Shown here piece by piece: positions 19,040-29,464 of a DNA stretch of 64,000 nucleotides; position 1 is the first letter of the stretch; the number at the start of each line of letters is the position of its first letter. Origin of the DNA: a plasmid; sequence record NZ_OX291475.1; one strand, given 5' to 3'. Made by a program: the position numbers and the translations under genes. The notes below the pieces were generated by a model. The model searched no databases, was not told where the DNA came from, and saw nothing but the letters and a program-made list of their open reading frames with translations.

Positions 19040-20110
19040 TCAGGCCTTTTTAACAGCAGTGGCTATTGGCTGACCACCTTGTTGCGTACTCTGCTCCGGC
19101 TCAAATGTAACCCTGTCATGCACCGCATAAGCGTTCATGCCCCCCACAAAGGCACCGGCAAAGGCAGTAAAGGTCTTTTTGTCCTTTTCGCTTTGAATCA
19201 TCACTATCTGGCTTGCCACGTTAATATTAACAACAACGCCAGTATGACGGGTTTCCAGCAGTGTATTTCCCAGCCACTGTTCACCACTAATAATGTCAAG
19301 TTCGGAAAGGCCGGCTGGCAGTCTCTTGTTTTTCCACAACGAGTGCGGACTGCATAGCTCGTTTACATTTTGGGTGTTTTCAATAATGCTCAACAATTTT
19401 AGATTAGACGGGTTGATCCATCGAATCACCTCGATACAGCGATGATATTCACGGGCAACTTTATTAATGGCCTGTTCGACAGAGTAGGTTTTATCAGAAC
19501 GCCATAATGGCTCGTGATGGGATATTCTGTTACGTAACGTATTTATATCCCGGAGATCTGCACCAATTCTGTTTATTGATAATGCTTTGCCATTTTTATT
19601 GGCATGGGGAAAAACGCGTGAAGTCAAGTCCGGCCATAAAGAAAGATAGTTGCAATAATTGGCATGAGTACGATCATATTTCTTGTCGACCAATGACACC
19701 CAAAATCCGAGTGTTAACTTTGAGATGAGATTTTCTGTTGTGTGCGGCTTTCCATCTTTATTAAGTTGACCTTTTGCCGCCGCGATAGCTTTAAACGATG
19801 TATTGTTGTTTGCCTGCGTCATTACAGTTACAAACCACTTATCATCGATATTCCCTTTCTTCTGCGCCCAGGTTGGTTGAGGATGGAGCCGTTTTATTTC
19901 ATCTTCTTCGAAAGCCTGTTTGGCCCCGCAAATGGCATTCCTTAATGAGACCTCGATCACCTGCAGTGCGGGAAGGAATGCGCCGGCGAGCTGTTTATTC
20001 CATAGATAAATGCCCAGGCACTCTTCTGGTGTGGCGCCGTTGAAAACGGAAGATTGGTAGGTTGCAAATCGGTGCTGTGATATAGAGCTTAAAATAGCCG
20101 CAATCGTCAT
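19040..20110 (-). CDS. Abi_2 (AbiD/AbiF)-like abortive-infection protein (HEPN superfamily)
   Basis: 356 aa; ..INTLRNRISHHEPLW.. resembles the conserved R-N-x-x-S/A-H-H motif I recall for the Abi_2 family. Confidence 0.5.
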   Translation of the reverse strand: MTIAAILSSISQHRFATYQSSVFNGATPEECLGIYLWNKQLAGAFLPALQVIEVSLRNAICGAKQAFEEDEIKRLHPQPTWAQKKGNIDDKWFVTVMTQANNNTSFKAIAAAKGQLNKDGKPHTTENLISKLTLGFWVSLVDKKYDRTHANYCNYLSLWPDLTSRVFPHANKNGKALSINRIGADLRDINTLRNRISHHEPLWRSDKTYSVEQAINKVAREYHRCIEVIRWINPSNLKLLSIIENTQNVNELCSPHSLWKNKRLPAGLSELDIISGEQWLGNTLLETRHTGVVVNINVASQIVMIQSEKDKKTFTAFAGAFVGGMNAYAVHDRVTFEPEQSTQQGGQPIATAVKKA

Positions 20111-20493
20111 AATATCTCCTTGATGTCCGATGAGTATATCAAAGCGCTTGACGTGAGCAAAAATTTGAAGGATGATGTGCCCCAGAGACAGGATCTCTAA
20201 CTGTGTGAGCGACTATGCCGGTGATAAATCACCCGCTAGGTTGCGAAATTTTCAAAGAAGGCTTCCTCCGGGGAGCCTTTTTTGATTGTGTCGATCAATG
20301 CACTAGCCAGCATTCTCCACTCACCTTCACCATATTCATCCGTATTTCAATCAAGCCCGTCACTCAGCCTACAAGTTCCGAAGAATTAGTTTGCCTAGAC
20401 ACGCCTGTGAATAACGCTTTGTTCGAAATCCCGCACCACCACTGAAGCTATAGCTATACTTTGGCCATGTCGACACAAAAGGATCACCTGCCT

Positions 20494-21180
20494 ATGTGTG
20501 GCCGTTTTGCCCAGTTCCATAGCCGAGAGGAATTTATCACCGCCCTGCGATCCGAAACGCCAATGATCACCACCGGTGACTGGCATGCACGGTATAACGT
20601 TGCCCCTGGCACGCCGGTACCGCTGTTCCATCATCATGATGATCAGCTGCAGCTAACACCGGTTGACTGGGGCTATGCGCCGATATGGTGGCGAGAGCAG
20701 GGAAAACCGCCACTCATCAACGCCCGCGTCGAAACCGCCGCAAGCAGCCGGATGTTCACGCCGCTCTGGAAACATGGCCGTGCGTTGGTACCGGCATCAG
20801 GTTGGTACGAATGGAAAAAGTCCCCGGACAATCCGAAACTGAAGCAACCGTATTTCATCTATCCCGCCGATCGCAGCCCGCTGTTCTTCGCCGCGTTGTG
20901 CTCCACTGATCCGGAAGAAGCTGGCAGCTTCGTCATCATCACGGCCGCCAGTCATGACGGTCTGGCGGATATTCATGATCGGCGCCCACTGGCGCTGCCG
21001 GCAGCCGCCGCACGCGACTGGCTCGATAGCCGGTTGACCCCGCCGCCAGGCGACATGTTGGCCGACGTTTATAGCCTGCAGGCGGATGATTTCAACTGGC
21101 AACCGGTCTCGCCGGCGGTAGGTGCCGTTCGCAATGACAATCCCTCACTCATCCTTGCCATCGATACACCAACGGTCTGA
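20494..21180 (+). CDS. SOS-response-associated peptidase (SRAP / YedK-HMCES family)
   Basis: Starts MCGRFAQ (catalytic Cys2); 228 aa; directly upstream of umuDC. Confidence 0.75.
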   Translation: MCGRFAQFHSREEFITALRSETPMITTGDWHARYNVAPGTPVPLFHHHDDQLQLTPVDWGYAPIWWREQGKPPLINARVETAASSRMFTPLWKHGRALVPASGWYEWKKSPDNPKLKQPYFIYPADRSPLFFAALCSTDPEEAGSFVIITAASHDGLADIHDRRPLALPAAAARDWLDSRLTPPPGDMLADVYSLQADDFNWQPVSPAVGAVRNDNPSLILAIDTPTV

Positions 21181-21344
21181 GCAGCGCGTTATCCACAGTT
21201 TTGGTGGATATCATGTGTGCAAACACACATGAAAGACGCCAAAAGCTGCAGAGAAAATCACTCGGAAAATTATTATATTACGTCGGATCGCGCTACGCGA
21301 CCCGGTTTCAGGCTTGCGTGTATGCACGTTTCGTTTATGATTTA

Positions 21345-21360
21345 CTGTATATATATACAG
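21345..21360. promoter_or_regulatory. LexA binding site (SOS box) for umuDC
   Basis: CTGTATATATATACAG = perfect CTGT-N8-ACAG palindrome 17 nt upstream of umuD start. Confidence 0.75.
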
Positions 21361-21376
21361 ATAAATTATACTTATT

Positions 21377-21793
21377 ATGAACACTAGAGAATTGTACTTT
21401 TTTTCACCAGGTCAGCCGGTAAAACTCCCACTCTACGGGACACCATGTCCGGCAGGCTTCCCCAGCCCTGCCGACGATTACATTGAACAATCCATTGATT
21501 TAAATGATTTTATCCGACATCCGGCCGCCACGTATTTTATCCGCGCATCGGGAGAGTCAATGAGTGAGGGCGGCATACTGTCAGGAGATTTGCTGATTGT
21601 CGATCGGGCTGAAAAACCCGTGCATGGTAGCATCGTGATCGCCGCGGTCGACGGCGAGTTTACTGTCAAGCGGCTGCTGCTGACACCCAGGGTTTGTCTG
21701 GCGCCGATGAATCCTGCCTACAGTCCTATTTATCCCGAAACGCTGGAAATTTTCGGGGTGGTGATCCACGCCCTGCACTCATTTGGAAGGTGA
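21377..21793 (+). CDS. umuD: UmuD translesion-synthesis accessory protein (LexA-like S24 peptidase)
   Basis: 138 aa; ..[13 protein letters not shown].., ..ASGESM.. Ser-Lys dyad region; close to E. coli UmuD. Confidence 0.85.
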   Translation: MNTRELYFFSPGQPVKLPLYGTPCPAGFPSPADDYIEQSIDLNDFIRHPAATYFIRASGESMSEGGILSGDLLIVDRAEKPVHGSIVIAAVDGEFTVKRLLLTPRVCLAPMNPAYSPIYPETLEIFGVVIHALHSFGR

Positions 21794-21795
21794 TC

Positions 21796-22730
21796 ATGTT
21801 TATGCTGGCTGACGTCAATTCGATGTACTGTGCCTGCGAACAGGTCTTCCGGCCGGATCTGAAAGGCCGTCCGGTGGCCGTGCTTTCGAATAACGACGGT
21901 GCCCTGGTGGCGATCAACCGGGAGGGAAAACAACTCGGTCTTAAACGCGGCATGCCATTTTTTCAGGCCAAAGAAATCATTAAAAATCAAAATGTCACTG
22001 TTTTCTCTAGCAATTATTCTTTGTACGGCGACATGTCGGCGCGCTGCATGACGATTTTAGAATCTCTCGCGCCGGCGATTACGATCTACAGCATCGACGA
22101 GGCATTCCTTCACGTTGCCGGCATCGATGCCACAGAGTCATTCGAAGACTATGGCCGGCGCGTTCGCGATACCGTTTTACAGCAGACGGGACTCACCTGC
22201 GGGATCGGTGTCGCCCAGACGATGACGCTTGCCAAACTCGCGAATCACGCTGCGAAAACCTGGCCGGCCACCGGTGGGGTTGTCGATCTGACGAACCGCG
22301 ATCGACAACGCAAATTGATGGGGCTGCTGCCAGTCAACGAAGTTTGGGGATGTGGGCGCCAGTTGACTAAAAAGCTGGCTGCGATGGGGATCACCACAGC
22401 ACTGCAGCTGGCCGACAGCAACCAGGCGTTGATCCGCAGGACGTTCGGGGTTGTGCTCGAGCGCACCGTGCGTGAACTGAACGGTGTGCCATGTATCTCA
22501 ATCGATGCGCTGCCGGCAAAGCAGCAGATCATCGTCAGCCGGTCATTTGGCCAGCGCGTTACGCAGCTGCAGGACATGCGCCAGGCGGTGTGCCAGTACG
22601 CCGAGCGGGCCGCCGAAAAACTTCGCCGAGAGAAGCAATATTGCCGGCACATTTCGGTGTTCGCGCGAACCAGCCCATTTTCGCCTCATGATCCCTATTA
22701 CGCGAACAGCAACAGCGTGCGGCTCATGCT
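21796..22730 (+). pseudogene. umuC: umuC 5' fragment (DNA polymerase V catalytic subunit), interrupted by transposon insertion
   Basis: MFMLADVNSMYCACEQVFRPDL.. start overlapping umuD stop; reading frame runs into transposon IR at 22731; missing C-terminus found in frame at 41248-41580. Confidence 0.85.
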
Positions 22731-24133
22731 GGGGTCAGTTTGGATATCGAAAATTATTGTACTATAAGGGCTTCCCCGGCATGTCAACGCCGGTGTTTAC
22801 GGTTTCTGTCTGCACTATAGTAAAAAAATAAAGGGGAGAGACTGCGGTACTATAAACGGTCATGATGAATCGTCATCGATTCGGACCCTGATGAAAGACG
22901 CTCGTGAGGCTCTAGTTCGTTAGTCGGGTACACTTGCCCTGTACAATAAGCAGATATACCTCACGGGGTCTAACCCTTTATCATCAACGAGTTGCAGAAC
23001 AGATGGTCATACAGCTTTGTACTTTAGCTGGCTGAGTACAACCTGAAATCATCACCGTAATGCAATGATGCCCAGCACAGTCTTGCATTTTTGGCAGCGA
23101 TGGCAACAACAGCGCGCCAGTATCCTCTGCGTTCGACCAGTGAGCAGACCCAACGACTGAATAAATCAGTCCTTTTCTCCGCCCCGATCAGTACCGAGCG
23201 GGCACCCTGAACCAGAAGTGTTCTCAGATACGAATCGCCAGCTTTCGTTATCCTGCCAAGCTTCGACTTTCCGCCGCTGCTGTACTGCGATGGTGTCAGT
23301 CCCAGCCAGGCTGCCAGCTGGCGCCCATTCTTAAAATCATGTGCATTACCGATACTGGCGACCAGCGCACAGGCCGTTGTGGGGCCAACGCCCTTCAATT
23401 CCATCAGCCGCTGACTGCGATGATCTGTTTTGGCCATGCGGGACAAAATTCGGTCATATTCAGCGATGTTATCTTCAATGCGAGCAACGTGCTCCAGCAA
23501 ATCATCAACACATTGCTGAACCTGAAGTGGTAAAGAATTCTTCTGCTCAAAAACTATGTGGCGCAGGGCATCTGTACTTTGTGGGGCGATAACGCCGAAT
23601 TCAGATATCAACCCCCGGAGACGATTATATGTTGCTGTTTTCTCTTCGATAAAACCCTGTCGGGTACGATGCAGACACTGCATTGCCTGCTGGCTCTCAT
23701 CCTTAACCGGCACAAACCGCATATGTGGGCGACGAACCGCCTCGCAGATAGCCTGAGCATCAGCTGCATCATTTTTCCCTGATTTACCAGCCATGCGGTA
23801 AGGCGATACAAATTTAGCGGCCATCAGACGCGGCTCATGACCATACTGCCGAAACAGTCTTGCCCAGTAATGAGCCCCGGAGCACGCCTCCATCCCGATA
23901 ACACAGGGCGGCAAACCAGCAATCAGCCCGGGAAGAGCTGCGCGGGTTACTCTGGATTTAACCAGAACGGTTTTGCCATTCTGGTCAACGCAATGAACAG
24001 CGAACACATTTTTAGCAAGATCGATACCGACAGTAGTAATGGTCATAACGAATCCCTCCGGGGTTGTGTTTACCCCATGATTGCACAAGAGTTAATCAGG
24101 CACATAATCAGGGGAAGTCCCTTCCATTCGTTA
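22731..24133 (-). mobile_element. IS110-family insertion sequence (copy 1) occupying the terminal inverted repeat of the outer transposon
   Basis: Inverted duplicate of 39845-41247; outer 28 bp GGGGTCAGTTTGGATATCGAAAATTATT and inner ..CATTCGTTAAG look like split halves of a Tn3-type IR; IS ends show AAGGG(A)CTTCCCC inverted repeats. Confidence 0.6.
23024..24088 (-). CDS. IS110-family transposase (DEDD)
   Basis: 354 aa; MTITTVGIDLAKNVFAVHCVDQNGK.. N-terminus; identical copy at 39890-40954(+). Confidence 0.85.
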   Translation of the reverse strand: MCNHGVNTTPEGFVMTITTVGIDLAKNVFAVHCVDQNGKTVLVKSRVTRAALPGLIAGLPPCVIGMEACSGAHYWARLFRQYGHEPRLMAAKFVSPYRMAGKSGKNDAADAQAICEAVRRPHMRFVPVKDESQQAMQCLHRTRQGFIEEKTATYNRLRGLISEFGVIAPQSTDALRHIVFEQKNSLPLQVQQCVDDLLEHVARIEDNIAEYDRILSRMAKTDHRSQRLMELKGVGPTTACALVASIGNAHDFKNGRQLAAWLGLTPSQYSSGGKSKLGRITKAGDSYLRTLLVQGARSVLIGAEKRTDLFSRWVCSLVERRGYWRAVVAIAAKNARLCWASLHYGDDFRLYSAS

Positions 24134-26672
24134 AGGTTATTTTTTGACCTGCCTAATTTAGCTGGCCTCAGCCGACGAAACTTACCGGCTGACGGTATCC
24201 GGTTGCTTTTCCATATATAATCGCCTGTCAGATTGATGTGTTCCCAGCCTAGCGGGGACAAATGCGACAGCAGTTGCTCGTTGATCTTCACTCCCTTACG
24301 CTTCAGAGCATCGACAGCTCTTTCCATATAGACGGTATTCCACAGGGATATGGCAGCTGTCAGGAGCGTCAGTCCACTGGCGCGATAGCTCTGATTTTCC
24401 GGTTTTCGGTCCCTGATTTCTCCCAGCCGGTGCATAAATACCGCTCGCGCCAGCGCGTTACGGGCTTCACCTTTATTCAGCCCCGCCTGTACCCGCCGAC
24501 GCAGTGCAGGATCGCGGAACCAGTCGAGCATAAACAGAGTTCGTTCAATACGGCCAATTTCTCTCAGTGCTTTGGCCAGCCCGTTTTGCTTGGGGTAGCT
24601 GGCAAGCTTTTTCAGCATCAGGGATGCCGTCACGGTTCCCTGCTTTATCGAGGTTGCCAGACGCAGCACTTCACGCCAGTGAATTTCGATCTCTTTCAGA
24701 TTCAGGCTGGTTGTTGATATCAGTGACTGAAGCGCCGGGTACTGGCCTGCTTTCCCTTTGATAAATAGCTTCTTGTCGTGGAGATCCCTGATTCGCGGAC
24801 AGAACGCAAATCCCAGCAGATGCATCAGGGCAAAGACATGATCGGTGAAACCCGCTGTATCGGTGTAATGCTCCCTGATTTCCAGGTCGCTTTCGTGGTA
24901 CAGCAAGCCATCGAGCACATGGGTTGAATCTCTGACCCGACTGATTATGCAGGTGTAAAACGGGCTGTATTGATCCGAAATATGGGTATAAAACTGACGT
25001 CCGGGCTCCTGCCCGTATTTCGGGTTAACCTGCCCTGCGTAGCGGCCTGATCTGCCTGTTCTGAAATTCTGTCCATCTGATGATGATGTTGTCCCGTCTC
25101 CCCAGAATGCCGCCAGCGGCCTTTTCCCCTGCGCGTTTACCAGCTCTGCAAGGGCTGCTGAATAGGTTTCGTCGCGGATGTACCATGCCTGAATATCTTC
25201 GAGTGATGATTTGGTGCTACCGGGGCAGGCTTCCGCCATTTTGGTCAGGCCAAGATTGATGCCATCCGCAAGAATGGTGGTGAGAAGCAGGCGGATATCG
25301 GGACGGGTAATGTCAGTTTTTATATGCGAAAAATGTCGGGTAAACGTCGTCCAGCTGTTTACCTCATCGAGAATTTCCGTGATTTTAGGGCGCGGTAGCA
25401 TGCTGTAAACCAGCTCTGCCAGCGGTGAAACCTGCACCGGAACGCTGTTATCCAGCGGAGAGACTTTTACGCCCCTGTAAGATATTTCCACATCGGGCAG
25501 TTCACCAAGGGCAGCCATGGCATTGACCTCTTCAAGCCTGGACTGAAGCAGGGTCATACGGCTGGTAATGTACTCATGATAATCAGCAGATACGGGAAGT
25601 GGCAGCGCCGGTGTGAGTTTGTCAAAGTCCTTTTCGGGAATGAGGTAATCATCAAAATTTTTGTAGCGGCGTGAGCCTTTAACCCAGATGTCCCCGGAAC
25701 GCAACGCCCCCTTAAGCTCGCTGAGCGCACAAAATTCATAGTACTGCCGGTCAATACCCGCAGGTGTAATTACCACCTTGCGCCAACTTTCTGGGACAAA
25801 CTCAAGCGGCGCGGTGGCCGGAACTTTACGTGACTGCTTCCGGTACATATCCTTGATCACAACCAGCGCATCAGCCAGAGGTTGCGCTGCCGGAGTTGCG
25901 ATTAACTGTAAAGCTGACAACATGCGCGGGGCATATTTCCGTAATGTGCTGTATTTCTCGGTAATAATATGCAGCGGGTCAAAATTATTTTTTCTGGCGA
26001 GATGGCGTGTTTCCTCCAGACTGGCGACAAATTCAGGCCATGGGAGTATGTTTTCTATTGCGAGCCATGGATCTCCCCCGGAATCACGGGCATCAGACAG
26101 CGCCTGACCGACATTGATGTACTGCCTCAGTTTTGACTGGATCAGCTTTCCGGTCTGCTGAAGGCGCTCAGCCTGTGTTCTTTTGGCTTTGCTGAAAAGG
26201 CTGTTCAGCATTCGCTCATGCAACTCAATCACTTCGTCTGTCAGTGTGGCTCTGGCTTCTTCCAGCACGCACACCAGGATCGCATGACGCCGGGCTGCTG
26301 AAAATCGGGTCAAATCCCGGCTGCTCATCTTTCGGCCTTCCCGCGCCAGTTTCAGCAACCGGTTCTGGTGAATGGTACGATCTATACCTTCCGGTAATGC
26401 CAGCGATTCAATGCTACTGAGCCGATCAAGGTGTTGCAGCACGTTCTTACCATTGATTTTACCCGGAGGTTGCAGAAGCCATGTCAGCCTGGAAGACTGA
26501 TTATCCGATGACTCAAGTAAACAATCCAGAGCATCCCTGTGAGCCGGAGTTAACGGGGCATTCAGGGTCTGAAACACGATTTTATCGCCGCCTGCCATGG
26601 CCTCAGCACAGGAACGCTCCACGACATCAATCGAGGGGATTATCACGTTGTTCTGCCGGAGCCAGACCAGTA
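24134..26672 (-). pseudogene. tnpA: Tn3-family transposase TnpA of outer transposon, C-terminal 85% (split by inner transposon; 3' end reads through into IS)
   Basis: ..[16 protein letters not shown].. DDE region; continues in frame with N-terminal piece at 35551-35990 when the 26673-35549 insert plus one CAGTA are removed. Confidence 0.8.
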
Positions 26673-26694
26673 GGGGTCGTCTCAGAAAACGGAA

Positions 26695-28020
26695 TCTATG
26701 GTCACTCCCGTTTTTGCAACACCGATTTTGACGACAAGTTGGCTTGCTTGAATCTATCCGGCGTCTGAATGGGATTTTATTCCCGCGCCTTGATGAGTTC
26801 CGCGCCTGATGAACCTCCAGAAAATATACGGCTTCAATGAGCCTTTCCGTTTTACAGGTTCCTCAACAGGCCGGTGGGCCGTTAGTATCATCAATATCAG
26901 TATTCGCAAAACCAGATCAGTAATTCTTTAAACCGGTGTATTTCTGCCGTTATGCTACATAAGTTTGCTGTCGTGCCGTTAGGGCCCAGGCTATTCTGGC
27001 CAGCTTGTTTGCCAGAGCACAAGTGACGACAAAGTTGCTTTTCCGGCACAGTAAATCCCTGACCCAATCGGCCAATTTGCCAGACTGGTGTTCCAGTTTT
27101 TGTATGAATACCCTGGCACATTGAACCAACAAAGTTCGGATCTTTTTATTACCTCGCTTACTAATTCCCAGCAATGTCGTCCTACCTCCCGTGCTGTACT
27201 GCCGAGGTACAAGCCCTGTTGCCGCCGCAAAGTCACGGCTGCTGGCGTACTGCTTCCCGTCGCCAATCTCAGTTGAAATAGTACTCGCTGTCAGTGTTCC
27301 GACGCAGGGAATGCTCAGCAAGCGCTGTCCAACCTCATCTTCGTCCAACTTTCGTTTCAACTGGGATTCCAAATCTTTAATCTGCTCAACAAGATAGTGA
27401 TAATGCTGTTGTAATTTCAGCAATAACTGGCTGAGGTAAAGAGGCAAACTATTATCCTCAAGAATGGTACTCAGTCGGCTAATAACGGCAGCTCCTCGGG
27501 GAACGCTAATGCCAAATTCCAGCAGAAAAGCATGCATTTGATTGGTTGTTTTTACCTTATCCTGAACCAGGGATTCACGGACACGATGCAGAGCCCGCAT
27601 TGCCTGCTGAGATTCCGTTCTGGGCTGCACAAAACGCATAGACGGACGCGATGCAGCTTCACAAATAGCTTCGGCGTCGACAAAGTCGTTTTTATTGCTT
27701 TTAACGAACGGGCGGACAAATTGTGGTGATATCAGCTTTGGGGAATGCCCCAACTCTTCCAACTTGCGTGCCATAAAGTGAGAACCGCCACAGGCTTCCA
27801 TTGCGATGGTTGTAGCGGGGCATGTCGCCAAAAATTCGATCAACTTTGGCCGGGTAAATTTTTTACGGTAAACAGCCTTCCCGCGACGATCCTGGCAATG
27901 AATATGGAAAGAGTTTTTACCCAGATCGATACCAATGAGCGCAATGTTTTCCATGATAGTTCTCCGAATGAAAGCCTGTCCTCAGCATAGTACCGGGAAG
28001 GAGGGAGTGACCATCTCATT
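26695..28020 (-). mobile_element. IS4321/IS5075-like IS110-family element (1326 bp), copy 1, inserted in left IR of inner transposon
   Basis: Inserted between IR positions 22/23; ends TCTATGGTCACTCCC ... GGGAGTGACCATCTCATT; identical inverted copy at 34202-35527. Confidence 0.75.
26950..27954 (-). CDS. IS110-family (IS1111-subgroup) transposase
   Basis: 334 aa; MENIALIGIDLGKNSFHIHCQDRRGK..; identical copy 34268-35272(+). Confidence 0.85.
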   Translation of the reverse strand: MENIALIGIDLGKNSFHIHCQDRRGKAVYRKKFTRPKLIEFLATCPATTIAMEACGGSHFMARKLEELGHSPKLISPQFVRPFVKSNKNDFVDAEAICEAASRPSMRFVQPRTESQQAMRALHRVRESLVQDKVKTTNQMHAFLLEFGISVPRGAAVISRLSTILEDNSLPLYLSQLLLKLQQHYHYLVEQIKDLESQLKRKLDEDEVGQRLLSIPCVGTLTASTISTEIGDGKQYASSRDFAAATGLVPRQYSTGGRTTLLGISKRGNKKIRTLLVQCARVFIQKLEHQSGKLADWVRDLLCRKSNFVVTCALANKLARIAWALTARQQTYVA

Positions 28021-28032
28021 AAATAAAGCACG

Positions 28033-28590
28033 CTAAGCGTGCGTGGAGGCTGGCACCCAGCGGTACAGCGTCGGAATGGACACGCCGAGGTTCTTGGCCA
28101 CGTCCTTGGGCGGCACCCCGCTGGCCAGCAGCTTCTTGGCCGACTCGATCTTGCTGTCGGTCATCTTCGGCTTGCGGCCGCCTTTGCGGCCGAGCTGCTT
28201 GGCGACTTCCAGCCCGGCGCGGGTGCGCTCGACGGTCAGCTCGCGCTCCATTTCGGCAAGGCTCGCCATGACGTGGAAGAAGAACCGCCCGGATGGTGTG
28301 CCGGTGTCGATGGAGTCGGTGAGGCTCCTGAACTGGACACCGTGCTTGTGCAGATCGCCGACCAGATCGACCAGTTGCTTGACCGACCGGCCCAGCCGGT
28401 CGAGCTTCCAGACGACCAAAGTATCGCCTTCGCGCAGCATTTCGAGCGTCTTGGCCAAGCCAGGCCGGTCTGCCCGCGTGCCACTCACCTTGTCCTCGAA
28501 GACCTTTTTACATCCGGCCTTGCTCAAGGCTTCGCGTTGCAGCTCCAGGTTCTGATCCTGCGTCGAGACGCGCGCATAGCCAATCAACAT
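28033..28590 (-). CDS. tnpR: serine resolvase TnpR of inner transposon
   Basis: MLIGYARVSTQDQNLELQ.. catalytic Ser; C-terminal HTH. Confidence 0.85.
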   Translation of the reverse strand: MLIGYARVSTQDQNLELQREALSKAGCKKVFEDKVSGTRADRPGLAKTLEMLREGDTLVVWKLDRLGRSVKQLVDLVGDLHKHGVQFRSLTDSIDTGTPSGRFFFHVMASLAEMERELTVERTRAGLEVAKQLGRKGGRKPKMTDSKIESAKKLLASGVPPKDVAKNLGVSIPTLYRWVPASTHA

Positions 28591-28955
28591 GGCTTGTCTC
28601 GCGCCCGGTCGATGCGTTCCTGCATCGCCTGCATCACTTCTTCGTGGGTGTACGATCTGGCGTTGGCGTCGGTGGCTTGCCGCAGGGCTTCCTCAACCTC
28701 GCGCGTCATCCGCTCGTAATCCTCCGGCCACAGCGCTTGCTCCATGCGCAGCGACGCCTGACCCAGCAGGTGCAGCAGGCTGAACAGCCGCATGTCGTTG
28801 GTGGCGACGATGCGCTCCCGAATCTGCTCCTGAATAGCTTCGCTAGCCCGATGCGCTTGTGGTGTGGCAGTCCCCTCGTAGTCAGCGGGGAATTCCGCTT
28901 CCTCGGCAATCCTTGCCCAGGCGCTGGCCAGCGCCTCGATGGTTGACGTGCTCAT
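28584..28955 (-). CDS. hypothetical transposon cargo protein
   Basis: Start chosen at MSTSTIEALASAW; 124 aa. Confidence 0.4.
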   Translation of the reverse strand: MSTSTIEALASAWARIAEEAEFPADYEGTATPQAHRASEAIQEQIRERIVATNDMRLFSLLHLLGQASLRMEQALWPEDYERMTREVEEALRQATDANARSYTHEEVMQAMQERIDRARDKPC

Positions 28956-29464
28956 TTCCGCCGCTCCTGTGCTCTTTGGCGAATCAACCGGCCAAGGGGC
29001 CTCGACGCGAAAACCAGCAGCATCACGCCTATCGGATACCAGGTCGAGAAGACCACCAAGGCATCGAAGGCTGGCCGTCCGGTGTTGGTAGGCAGTACGG
29101 CGGTCACAGCCATCAACCCGCCGACCGTCCAGATGATGCGCCACACGTAGGGCATCACGCGGGGCACGTAGCCGTCATCGAAAGCGGTCTGGTAGTAGCG
29201 GCGCAGGCCGCGCTCGGCAAGCGCCTGGCGCTGCCGCTCCGACAGCGCATCCGTCCGGCCATACCAGCGCCGGAATGGTGGACAGCGCAGCAGCAAAGGG
29301 GTGAAGAGGATCATCACCGCCACGATCGCGACACCCCACGCCATGACGGCGCCGGCATCGGGCCGCTTGGCGTTCTCGATCACGGGCGCGAAGACGCCCG
29401 GAGCACCGATCATCCAGAACAGCGCAATGTGCTGATGGAAGGAGAGCTTCATTTGCTCATCCAC
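28952..29464 (-). CDS. hypothetical integral membrane protein (transposon cargo)
   Basis: 170 aa with 3-4 hydrophobic segments. Confidence 0.45.
   Translation of the reverse strand: MDEQMKLSFHQHIALFWMIGAPGVFAPVIENAKRPDAGAVMAWGVAIVAVMILFTPLLLRCPPFRRWYGRTDALSERQRQALAERGLRRYYQTAFDDGYVPRVMPYVWRIIWTVGGLMAVTAVLPTNTGRPAFDALVVFSTWYPIGVMLLVFASRPLGRLIRQRAQERRK

Noticed and set aside
20262-20292. GGCTTCCTCCGGGGAGCC + TTTTTT hairpin on the plus strand between the Abi-like gene and the SRAP gene
   Set aside because: It looks like a terminator, but no plus-strand gene precedes it and in minus orientation it lacks a T-run. It may be a relic or may insulate the SOS module, so confidence is too low to list as a feature.
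21186-21215. TTATCCACAGTTTTGGTGGATAT: a DnaA-box-containing imperfect palindrome between the SRAP gene and umuD
   Set aside because: A single 9-mer match can occur by chance. There are no iterons or AT-rich unwinding region nearby and it is far from either rep gene. It is noted but not called as an origin.
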